Source: an uncultured bacterium (GTDB lineage: Bacteria; Cyanobacteriota; Cyanobacteriia; Cyanobacteriales; Nostocaceae). Taken from it: a DNA stretch of 64,000 nucleotides. The position numbers and the translations under genes are program-made. The notes under the pieces are model-generated. The model saw only the letters and a program-made list of their open reading frames with translations. It did not search any database and was not told the DNA's origin. The stretch spans positions 2,690 to 66,689 of the forward strand of contig CAXTSI010000002.1 in NCBI GenBank assembly GCA_964246695.1. The letters are read 5' to 3'. This document shows, piece after piece, positions 20,294-29,452 of this stretch (positions within the stretch are counted from its first letter, which is position 1; each line of letters begins with the position of its first letter).

Positions 20294-20905
20294 ATGACCA
20301 CTACCCTACCCAAAACAGTAACTTTCGAGGAATTTATCGAGTGGTATCCCAACGACGGGGTGCGGTACGAGCTACATAATGGAGTAATTATTGAGATGGC
20401 ACCCCCAACCGGAGACCATGAAAAAGTTGTTGGATTTTTAGCACGTAAACTGACTGTGGAGTTTGATCGACTAAACCTACCCTACACCATTCCTAAAACC
20501 GCATTCGTTAAAACACCGTCTGCTAAATCCACTTACTCACCCGATGTATTGTTACTAAATCTTGATAATCTCGGCAACGAACCTCTTTTTCAAAAACAGT
20601 CAACAGTTACTCAAGCAGCATCTGTACCCTTGGTAGTCGAAGTCGTCAGTACAAACTGGCGGGATGACTATCACCTAAAGTTTGCCGATTATGAAGAAAT
20701 GGGTATCCCTGAATTTTGGATTGCGGATTATGCAGCGTTAGGAGGTAAGCGGTTCATTGGAGATCCCAAGCAGCCTACTTTCTCGGTATGTCAGCTTGTG
20801 GGAGATGAGTACCAAGTAACCAAGTTCACGGGGAATAATCTCATCGTATCCCCCACCTTCTCACACGAAACTACTGCTGTGCAGGTTTTTGATGCGGCTT
20901 TGTAA
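20294..20905 (+). CDS. Uma2 family (DUF820) PD-(D/E)XK endonuclease-like protein
   Basis: 'TFEEFIEWYPNDGVRYELHNGVIIEMAPPTGDHEKV', 'PDVLLL', 'VVEVVS' and 'EEMGIPEFWIADY' are typical Uma2 blocks. Confidence 0.8.
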   Translation: MTTTLPKTVTFEEFIEWYPNDGVRYELHNGVIIEMAPPTGDHEKVVGFLARKLTVEFDRLNLPYTIPKTAFVKTPSAKSTYSPDVLLLNLDNLGNEPLFQKQSTVTQAASVPLVVEVVSTNWRDDYHLKFADYEEMGIPEFWIADYAALGGKRFIGDPKQPTFSVCQLVGDEYQVTKFTGNNLIVSPTFSHETTAVQVFDAAL

Positions 20906-20980
20906 ATTGGTGGGCAACAAACAGCACGGGTAAATACTTTCTCTGTCCCCTGAAGAGAACCAGCGGTAAACTTGATATGA

Positions 20981-21304
20981 TTGGCAGGAAGTTACCTAAA
21001 TAAGCAAGTGCCTCGCAGTGATATTGATCGTATCAGAGAGAAGATCAAACTCCGACAATACGATATGTCAGCCCATGCAATGGAAGAGATGGCTGAGGAT
21101 ATGCTGATGATTGTGGATGTGGAAGAGGCAATTTTAAGCGGTGAAGTCATCCGGGTAGAAAAAGATGACCCAAGAGGAACAAAATATGTGGTAGTGGGGA
21201 CGGCATTAGATCAACAAACACCTGTTGGGGTTGTTGGACGTTTCGCTAGCACCGGACGTTATTTAATCATCACAGTTTACGAAGTCACTGATTTCGAGGG
21301 TTAG
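20981..21304 (+). CDS. DUF4258 domain protein (putative toxin of a DUF4258/YgiT pair)
   Basis: 'YDMSAHAMEEMAEDMLMIVDVEEAILSGEVIRVEKDDPRGTKYVVVG' fits DUF4258. The start is uncertain (TTG 20981 or GTG 21008). Confidence 0.65.
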   Translation: MAGSYLNKQVPRSDIDRIREKIKLRQYDMSAHAMEEMAEDMLMIVDVEEAILSGEVIRVEKDDPRGTKYVVVGTALDQQTPVGVVGRFASTGRYLIITVYEVTDFEG

Positions 21305-21308
21305 AGAT

Positions 21309-21551
21309 ATGTATGGATACAGATGCGAATATTGCGAAGGAACCGTTCAACCCCGCACTGTCAAGCGCGAGGCATTCAAACATAAAGATCGATTCGTTAT
21401 TCTTGAAGATGTGACGATTGGTGTTTGTGATAACTGTGGCAATCGATACTACTGTGCCGATATTCTCCATACTGTTCATGCTATTGCGACGGGAGCAAAA
21501 TCCCCAGAGAGAACCGAACAGATCCCAGTAGCTCATCTGGAATCTGTATAG
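21309..21551 (+). CDS. YgiT-type zinc-finger protein (MqsA-like N-terminal domain; putative antitoxin)
   Basis: Two CxxC pairs: 'YRCEYCEG...' and '...GVCDNCGNRYY'. It starts 5 nt after the DUF4258 gene. Confidence 0.7.
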   Translation: MYGYRCEYCEGTVQPRTVKREAFKHKDRFVILEDVTIGVCDNCGNRYYCADILHTVHAIATGAKSPERTEQIPVAHLESV

Positions 21552-21552
21552 C

Positions 21553-21793
21553 ATGGGCTTAATAGAGGAACAACAAGTTATGGAAATTGTCACCAGTTGG
21601 ATGGAAACACCGAATGCAAAAGCTGGTGCTGCGGCAGTTAAATCGTCGGTTGGGAACACTTGAACCATCGCTCTTGCAGCGTGTGAGTGAATTACCATTG
21701 GAACAATTGGAGGCTTTAGGCGAGGATTTACTAGACTTCACAGAAATATCTGATGCGCGTGAATTGGTTCAATCAACCTGGAGGCACATCGCT
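21553..21793 (+). pseudogene. Detached, frameshifted copy of the DUF4351-like C-terminal segment of an Rpn-type transposase
   Basis: Near-identical to 26490..26730. It shares that copy's roughly 11-nt deletion relative to the intact reading at 26076..26110. Confidence 0.7.
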
Positions 21794-21979
21794 ACAATTA
21801 AGGTAATACAACTGTTACTAGCTAGGGCAGAAAATATCGAGAAACTACACTGTGAACGCGATCGCACCCAACGCCTGCAAGAGACAGAAGAGCGCTTCTG
21901 GATATTTTTTCTGGGAATATAATGCCCAGCCTTGGGCAATTGTTACAAGTTAATCTGTGTCCAGTCTGACAACACTAAG

Positions 21980-22150
21980 TCAGGAACTTGGGAGAAGTCG
22001 CGAGGAAAAGCGAGTCACTAAAACGCCATTGACAGACAGGGCGATCGCTGCAATCCGTACATCTTTCTGAATTCTATTTTTGCGAAGCGGGGGATGCTCC
22101 TTGAGTAGCTGCCGATATTGTGTGTCAGCAGCAGCATCAAAATTTAAGAT
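21980..22150 (-). pseudogene. C-terminal fragment of a PIN-domain (VapC-like) toxin
   Basis: The minus strand reads '...ILNFDAAADTQYRQLL...DVRIAAIALSVNGVLVTR', typical of VapC C-termini. The upstream part is replaced by the higB gene on the other strand. Confidence 0.4.
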
Positions 22151-22475
22151 CATCACCTTCGCTGATAGCAAACTGCAAAACCTATGCGAGCAACAAGACC
22201 TAGCGCAAAGAAAATTGGGTGCAAAGTGTGCCAAGAAATTGAGAACTCGGTTGGCTATGCTTGCTGCTGCAGGTTGTGTCACAGAATTAGTTGCAGGTCG
22301 TCCCCACCCCTTAAAAGGAGATAGGGCTAGTGAATTTGCACTCTCTTTAGAAAGTGGTAAACGACTTGTATTTAAGCCAGATAACGACCCCGTCCCCTTG
22401 ATGAAGGATGGAGGCATTGATTGGTCAAAAGTTACTGCTGTTTGTATTGTTTTCATTGGGGATTATCATGATTGA
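22122..22475 (+). CDS. higB: HigB-like toxin (plasmid maintenance system killer family, RelE/ParE fold)
   Basis: '...RPHPLKGDRASEFALSLESGKRLVFKP...IVFIGDYHD' carries the 'HPLKGDR' and terminal 'DYH' hallmarks. A GTG start at 22122 is assumed. Confidence 0.7.
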   Translation: MSAAASKFKIITFADSKLQNLCEQQDLAQRKLGAKCAKKLRTRLAMLAAAGCVTELVAGRPHPLKGDRASEFALSLESGKRLVFKPDNDPVPLMKDGGIDWSKVTAVCIVFIGDYHD

Positions 22476-22749
22476 GACAACTCGAACATTTACTCCAGAT
22501 TGGGTATCTCCTCCCGGTGATACCATTGCTGACTTATTAGAAGAGCGTGATTGGACGCAAGCACAATTAGCAGATCGTTTAGGCTACACCACGAAACATA
22601 TCAGTTTGCTCATCAATGGTAAAGCACCGATAAATGTTGAAACAGCCCTGAAGCTAGAACGAGTTTTGGGTAGTACAGCAGCATTCTGGCTCAGATATGA
22701 AGCCCAATATCGTGCCGCTCTAGCTAGGATTGAAGAAGAAAACCGCTGA
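22468..22749 (+). CDS. higA: HigA-family antitoxin (XRE-type HTH), possibly truncated
   Basis: 'DWTQAQLADRLGYTTKHISLLINGKAPINVETALKLERVLG' is an HTH_3 motif. It overlaps the higB stop. Downstream (about 22870..22990) a '...IGIHPAIVVGRLQHDGIIP' remnant in another frame suggests a longer ancestral gene. Confidence 0.7.
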   Translation: MIETTRTFTPDWVSPPGDTIADLLEERDWTQAQLADRLGYTTKHISLLINGKAPINVETALKLERVLGSTAAFWLRYEAQYRAALARIEEENR

Positions 22750-23007
22750 AAGGGGTGAACATCTTAGTTAGATCAGTTACCAGTCAAAGAATTAATGAAC
22801 AGAGGCAGAAAAACTGGACTGTCCTAAGTACAGTGAATTAGCGCAACTTAAATCCAAAACTGATGCGATCGATTTTGCGGAACGTATTGGCATTCATCCC
22901 GCTATTGTTGTGGGGCGACTGCAACACGATGGTATAATTCCTCTCTCGTGGATGAATAGTTTAAAGGAGAGTTTTTGTTTGAGGCAAATCGCTTTGATTG
23001 TCAGAGC

Positions 23008-23117
23008 GCGATCGCCAGCTTTACAGTTGTTGAATTTACCATTAGCTGCACCCAATGCGTGCAAGAGCGCGATCTGCCGGAGGCGGCGGATTTTCGTAGA
23101 GAAGCACTCGCGATCGC
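23008..23117. repeat. 110-bp element bounded by two HIP1 octamers, copy W (copy Y at 26769..26878)
   Basis: GCGATCGC at 23008 and 23110. By eye it differs from copy Y at 4 of 110 positions, all within 23088..23098. It abuts the truncated protease-TPR pseudogene. Confidence 0.8.
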
Positions 23118-25232
23118 TTAAGCCAGACCATTGTCAGGCTGAAGTTTCAGCACTTGATTGAAATCGAACAGCGCCCCCTGATAATCTTTTGACTGTTGGC
23201 TGATCAAACCTCGGACGAAGTAGCTTGTAAATAGAGGCTTTATCTCAATTGCCTTATTTAACGCCGCGATCGCTTCTGGGTAGCGTTTTAATCTGGACAG
23301 GATCAAACCTCGCCATTCATAGAAGTTAACAACATCGTTTTTGTACTTGATCGCCTCATCAATTGCAGCTAACGCTGAGGGGTATTTTTCTAAGTCTCTA
23401 AGCACTTCACTTTTTATCTTCCAAGCTTCATAGTAGTAGGGTTGAATCTTTGTGGCTTGATCCAAAGCAGCTAACGCTTCTGGATATTTTTTCTGGGAAT
23501 ATAATGCCAAGCCTTGGAGATAATAAGCTTGAGGGAAGTCTGGCTTTAGCTTGATGGCTTGAAGCAAAGCTGCAATGGCTTCTGAATTTTTGCCTAATCG
23601 CCATAGTTGATTGCCATAATTGAGCCAATCTTTCTCCTTGGCATTTTGTTGCAGCTTTTCGATAGCAAATAATGGATGATTTTGGAGCGAATTAATTTCT
23701 ACTTCTGTGAGTTTTTTTGGTGCAGTATTAACAACTTTCAACAATTCTGGTTTCAATCCCGATTTTGTGGCTAGACCTAAAAGTGTACTGCTTGGTACTC
23801 CGCGTCCAAAACCTAGATTTACCTGACTATTTACTCTTTCATCCTCTAAACCTGCGTTAATCCCAATGAATTGCCCCTTTGAATCTAACACTGGTCCTCC
23901 ACTCATTTCGGGAAGTGTCAGATTGGAGTAAATCAGTTCGTAGCCATAATTAATCAAACAATCAAAATTACAATCGTCTTTTGCACGGTTAAATACTTTC
24001 TCTTTATCCTGAAGATAACCAGCGGTAAACTTCCGCTTTCCTCCAGAGTACCCAGGAAAACCAGATAGAAATACCAAATTATTTGTGTTCAAGTTGAATA
24101 GGTTATATTTAGCAATCGTGGCGACAGAATAGGTTTGATTACTGGTAAACTGTAACAGCGCTGCGTCTAATCCTTCCGGTTTGACAATGTTTTCCTGTTG
24201 CAAAGCATATCGCTGTCCATCTGGGGTAACAATTTCATAAGAGTCTGGATTCTTTACTACATGAGATGCAGTGACAACATAGTATGTTTGTCCAGTATGT
24301 GCAATGATGACTCCGGAACCATTACCATTGTTTTTGGAGTCAATCCGCACGGTAATTTGTTCAGCAATGCTATTAACTTGATCGACTATATTATTAGTAG
24401 CTGGCGGCTGTGTAGGCTGTTGCTGATTTTGTCCTTTTGGTGAGACATCTGCAATATTGGGAGCGATTTGTGCTATTGTTTGAATTGGGACAGCAAAGCT
24501 GAGTTGTCTAAAATGTTGCAGTTGTTCAGTGCTGGGACGACTCCCATTTTGGTAAACATAAGCATCGTTTAAAATAGCGAAGTTCAGTAAACCATTCACC
24601 CCAATTAACTGACCTTCAAGATTTAATAGTGGTCCCCCACTCATTCCTTGTTGAACAGAGTTGGTGTAACCAATTTGATAACCTCCAACTAAAGGTTGAG
24701 GAGATAAGAGGGAGATTTTGCCACTACTAATGACTAATTTTTGACTATCATCAGGAAACCCAGCGGCGAAAACTTCTTGATTTTATGATAAGTTTGCGGT
24801 CGGGGCTAAAGGTACAACGCGATAGTTTTCTTTGGCTTGAAACTGTAATAAGGCTAAATCATTACTTTTGACAGAATCACCACGACTGATAACGACCGCT
24901 GAATGAGTTTTGCCATCAAGAGTTTGGATGCGATAAGCTTCTTTAGAGTTAACCACATGGGCATTGGTTAAAATGGTGTAAGTTTGCCCAACTTTGTTGA
25001 TTAAAATCCCACTTCCGCCCTGATGAACACTCAAGACTTTAACGGTGATGGCTTGGGCTAATTGACGAATTTGTTCTCTTGTAGTGGTGCTACTTACGAG
25101 TACGGGAGTCGGATGATGAGGTTGGTTGAATATTCCAGCATCGGCGGTTGGGAGGAACAGGAGACTGCTGATGCTGGCGATTGCGCTTCGCGCAGCGGCT
25201 TTGCCTTTCGCCAGAAGGTTGAAGTGGTTCAT
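23118..25232 (-). pseudogene. Paralog of the 920-aa double-protease-TPR gene: in-frame TAA, C-terminal truncation, active-site-context substitution
   Basis: The N-terminus 'MNHFNLLAKGKAAARSAIAS' is collinear with 16247..19009. There is a TAA at 24783..24785 inside '...TANLS*NQEVFAAGFP'. 'PEMSGGPVLD' replaces 'PGMSGGPVLD'. The TPR array ends at a HIP1 junction. Confidence 0.85.
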
Positions 25233-25308
25233 TTTTTTAGGTAAATATAGTTTACAATTTGATAAAATTATGCCATTTTAACTTTTTTGAACGCTGTAGT
25301 ACTCAGAA

Positions 25309-26265
25309 ATGCAAATTGACCACGACCAACTCTTCAAAGAACTTTTGTCCACGTTTTTCGTCGAATTCATCGAGTTATTCCTACCAGAAGTAGCTAGCTA
25401 CCTTGAGCGTGAATCAATCACCTTTTTGCAGCAAGAGTATTTTACTGACCTGATAACTGGAGAGCGCAAAATTATCGATTTGCTGGCACTGGTAAAGTTT
25501 CGCGGACAACAGACTTGCTTTATTATTCATGTAGAAAATCAGTCTTATACTGAATCGGATTTTGCACGAAGAATGTTCTTCTATTTTGCCAAGCTACATC
25601 AAGAATATTTGCTACCTATCTATCCGGTGGTGGTATTTTCTTTTGATGAACCAAAACGAGCCGAACCCAGGCAGTATCAGGTAGAGTTCTCAAATTTAAA
25701 GGTACTGGAATTTAACTTTACCGCAATTCAATTGAATCAGCTGAACTGGCGAGATTTTCTACAACAGCAAAACCCGGTAGCAGCGGCATTGATGGTGAGT
25801 CCAGTGCTGAAGGCGGGTTTCCCGCCGTAGGCAACTGGCGAACCCGAAGGGCAAAAATGCAAATTGCGCCACAGGATCGTCCCAAAGTAAAGGCAGAGTG
25901 TTTGCGATTACTAGCAACGCTACGACTAGATCCGGCACGGACACAGTTAATATCAGGGTTTGTGGATACATACTTGCGATTAAATGCAACAGAGGAACAG
26001 GTTTTTGGGCGTGAGCTTGATAGCATGGGTTTAATAGAGGAGGAACAAGTTATGGAAATTGTCACCAGTTGGATGGAAACTGGAATGCAACGGGGAACAC
26101 AAAAGCTGGTGCTGCGGCTTTTAAATCGTCGGTTGGGAACACTTGAACCATCGCTCTTGCAGCGTGTGAGTGAATTACCATTGGAACAATTGGAGGCTTT
26201 GGGCGAGGATTTACTAGACTTCACACAAATATCAGATTTAGTGAATTGGTTGAATCAACCTGGAG
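25309..26265 (+). pseudogene. Rpn-family recombination-promoting nuclease / putative transposase (PD-(D/E)XK plus DUF4351-like C-terminus), split by a 56-nt insertion
   Basis: 'MQIDHDQLFKELLSTFFVEFIELFLPEV' is the typical N-terminus. The reading frame breaks at 25795..25850 (GC hairpin insert with a TAG) and resumes '...KMQIAPQDRPKVKAECLRLL...LLDFTQISDLVNWL'. Confidence 0.75.
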
Positions 26266-26465
26266 GCACATCGCTTGATCGTAAGAGCGCGATCGGCTTT
26301 GCTGCTGCTTTTGCGCGATCGCTAGTTTTACAGTTGTTGCATTTACTATTAGCTGCACCTAACGCTAGCAACAGCAAGATATGCTGGAGACGACTGTGTG
26401 TCTCTTCGAGATGCGATCGCTACCGCACTGCTTGTACTGAGGGATGCGAGAGTAGTTTTTGCGAG

Positions 26466-26768
26466 GTTTTTGGGCGTGAGCTTGATAGCATGGGTTTAAT
26501 AGAGGAGGAACAAGTTATGGAAATTGTCACCAGTTGGATGGAAACACCGAATGCAAAAGCTGGTGCTGCGGCAGTTAAATCGTCGGTTGGGAACACTTGA
26601 ACCATCGCTCTTGCAGCGTGTGAGTGAATTACCATTGGAACAATTGGAGGCTTTGGGCGAGGATTTACTAGACTTCACACAAATATCAGATTTAGTGAAT
26701 TGGTTGAATCAACCTGGAGGCACATCGCTTGATCGTAAGAGCGCGATCGGCTTTGCTGCTGCTTTTGC
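26466..26768 (+). pseudogene. Tandemly duplicated, frameshifted copy of the Rpn C-terminal segment
   Basis: 26466 onward repeats 25998 onward ('GGTTTTTGGGCGTGAGCTTGATAGCATGGG...') with the same 11-nt deletion seen at 21590. Confidence 0.7.
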
Positions 26769-26878
26769 GCGATCGCCAGCTTTACAGTTGTTGAATTTAC
26801 CATTAGCTGCACCCAATGCGTGCAAGAGCGCGATCTGCCGGAGGCGGCTGCTTTTCGTAGGGAAGCACTCGCGATCGC
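26769..26878. repeat. 110-bp HIP1-bounded element, copy Y
   Basis: GCGATCGC at 26769 and 26871. It abuts a TPR fragment cut exactly at a 'GAI' (GGAGCGATCGC) codon string. Confidence 0.8.
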
Positions 26879-26884
26879 TCCTGT

Positions 26885-27178
26885 AACGTCTTTTAACAGA
26901 GAACGGGCGTAACACCGGCTACTGTATGTTCTTGCATCGTCAGGTTGAAGTCGAATTGCTTCATTTAAATCTGCAATTCCCCCCTGATAATCTTTCAAGT
27001 TAGTGCGTACAACACCTCGGCTTAAGTAGGTTAGATAATTAGGCTTAAAGTCAATCGCCTTTTTAAATGCTTGCATAGCCGCAGAGTAGCGTTTTAATTT
27101 GTAGAGTATCCAACCTCGCTGTAAATAAAGGTTAACACCGTTGTTGTTGTACTCAATTGCCTTATCAATTGCTGCTAG
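26885..27178 (-). pseudogene. Internal TPR fragment of a protease-TPR paralog
   Basis: The minus strand reads '...LAAIDKAIEYNNNGVNLYLQRGWILYKLKRYSAAMQAFKKAIDFKPNYLTYLSRGVVRTNLKDYQGGIADLNEAIRLQPDDARTYSSRCYARSLLKDVTGAI'. No start codon or protease domain is present. Confidence 0.7.
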
Positions 27179-27520
27179 TTTGTATCAGGAATATTTTGGC
27201 GATCGCTTGTAGCAACACCCAATTTACTAATAAGTAGGAGGACATAAATAATTTTTTGTCTCACGCAAAGACGCAAAGAAGAACACCAAGTAAAGGACTT
27301 TTGCTAGAAATTTAATGATTCATAAACTCAAGTATCTCTATTCTCTGCGTCCTCTGCGCCTCTGCGGTTATAAAAGAAATATTAGGCATAAAAACAATGG
27401 AATTTGACAACTATTATAAAGTTGGTGGCAGCTTAAATGCCAATCATCGCACCTATGTAGTCCGAAAAGCTGACGAACAAATCTTTGAGTTTTTAAAAGC
27501 TGGAGAATATTGTTTCGTTT

Positions 27521-27642
27521 CTGATATCTTGCACCATTCTCAACAAGGTGAGAGAAACCGGGTTTATAAACGATAAATTAAGGGTTTCAACTTTACATAT
27601 TCGCAATAAACCCGGTATAAGAGCGGTGGTGCAAGATGTGAG
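27521..27642. mobile_element. MITE (122 bp), CTGATATCTTGCACC...GGTGCAAGATGTGAG, TSD GTTT
   Basis: GTTT at 27517..27520 and 27643..27646. Removing the element and one TSD restores '...EYCFVFNSRQMGKSS'. Confidence 0.85.
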
Positions 27643-29331
27643 GTTTTTAACTCGCGACAGATGGGCAAATCTAGTTTGCGAGTCCAAACGATGAAAAAAC
27701 TGAGAGCAGAAGGAATAAAATGTGCTTCTATTGATCTGACACTCATCGGTAGTCATGTCAGTCAAGAAAAATGGTACAAAGGATTTGCGAATCAGTTGTT
27801 ATCCAGTTTTGAAATAGATGAAATTGATTTCAATAGCTGGTGGAATAGTCATCATGGATGGACAGATTTACAACGATTAAACCTGCTCATTGAGTCCGTA
27901 TTACTGAAGAAATTCGCGTCAAATATTGTCATTTTTATTGATGAAATTGATACCCTGAACAAAAGTGAGTTTAAGGATGACTTTTTTGCTTTTATTCGCG
28001 CTTGTTATAATCAACGAGCCGATCGGGCAAAATACGATCGCTTGACTTTTTGTTTACTAGGAGTTGCGACACCAGGAGATTTGATTCAAGAAAGAGAGCG
28101 TACACCGTTTAATATTGGTAGTTCAATAGAGTTAACTGGGTTTAGCTTTGCGGAAGCAAAGGATGCATTAATTCCTGGATTAGAGGGAGTAGAATATCCT
28201 GAAACTGTCTTACAAGAGGTGTTAAATTGGACTGGTGGACAACCATTTCTTACCCAGAGGTTATGCAGTCTCATTGTACAAAGACCAGAAAGCAGCAAGC
28301 TTAATATTGATGAGTTAGTTCAAAATTGTATTATCCAGAATTGGGAATCTCAAGATGAACCAGAGCATTTACGCACGATACGCGATCGCCTGTTACGGAA
28401 TGAACAAAAAGCTGCTAGGCTACTAGGATTGTATCAGCAAGTTTTGAATTCTAACACCTCTTCCCCAGGCGAATGGGTTATGATAGATGGGAGTCATGAG
28501 CAAACAGAATTAAGACTATCAGGTTTAGTAGTCAAAAAAGATAATTATTTAAAAGTATATAATCCGATTTATCAAGCAGTTTTTGATCGTGATTGGCTGA
28601 AGCACGAATTAGACAAATTGCGCCCATATAGTGAAGCAATCAACAACTGGTTAAATTACGATCGCAATTCATCGGGGTTATTGCGAGGTAAAGCCTTAGA
28701 TGATGCTCAATCATGGGCTGTAGGTAAAAGTTTAAGTACTTGGGATTATGAGTTTCTACAAGAAAGTCAAAAACTAGAAAACGAAGCACAAATCGCGGTA
28801 AATCACAAATTAACAGCAGCTAATCAAAAATTGGCTGAAGCGAATGAGAAAGCTCAACTAAAATTGGCTAAAGCAAATCAAAAGGCGAAGTTTATAATTT
28901 GGATAGGGGGAAGTATTGCAACTATCCTGATACTTGTGAGTGCTATCTTGGGACAGAACTTACGGAGAACAGCCGAAGCCACAAGACTCACACAGGCTGG
29001 GGATAATGCCGCGCAACAGTTTAAATCTAAACAACTTGAAGCTTTACTTTCAGCCATGAAGACTGGTGAAGATTTGAAAGACCTTGTTAAGGATAAGCGA
29101 TCGCTGGCAGAATACCAAACAATTACTCCCTTGTCTGCTTTAGCGAATATTCTCGTCAATATTCGTGAACATAATCAAATCGACAGCGGTCAAACAATAC
29201 TCAACAGTCTCAGTTTCAGTCCCGATGGTAAAATCATAGCTTCTGCTGGTGATGACGGCACTGTTAAACTTTGGCATCAGAATGGGACTCTGATTAAAAC
29301 CCTCACTGGGCATAACAATAAGGTGACTAGC

Positions 29332-29452
29332 CTGATATCTTGCACCAGCATCAAAAACCGGGTTTCTTGCAAATATTCAAGGCTGAGACCCTTTATTTGT
29401 GGTTGAGAAACCCGGTTTTTTAGGTCTTATTGAGAATGGTGCAAGATCTGAG
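29332..29452. mobile_element. MITE (121 bp), CTGATATCTTGCACC...GGTGCAAGATCTGAG, TSD TAGC
   Basis: TAGC at 29328..29331 and 29453..29456. Removal restores the WD40 unit '...HNNKVTSATFSPDSKIIASGS'. Confidence 0.85.

Noticed and set aside
21285-21741. Minus-strand ORFs at 21285..21698 and 21559..21741, with near-identical twins at 25718..26224, 26420..26635 and 26496..26678.
   Set aside because: They recur only because the underlying DNA (Rpn C-terminal segment) is duplicated. The sense strand carries the recognisable DUF4351-like sequence.
21980-22456. A 158-aa minus-strand ORF overlapping higB.
   Set aside because: Only its last 55 residues or so look like a PIN C-terminus. The rest is antisense of the HigB-like gene, which has the 'HPLKGDR...DYH' hallmarks. 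I treat it as a fragment plus an artefact.
29407-29429. The break between the two WD40 ORFs (27661..29406 and 29430..30512) was considered as an intein, an intron or a programmed frameshift.
   Set aside because: The interruption is a 121-bp element with 15-nt terminal inverted repeats and a 4-bp target duplication. It contains stops and shifts the frame. A MITE insertion is the simpler explanation.
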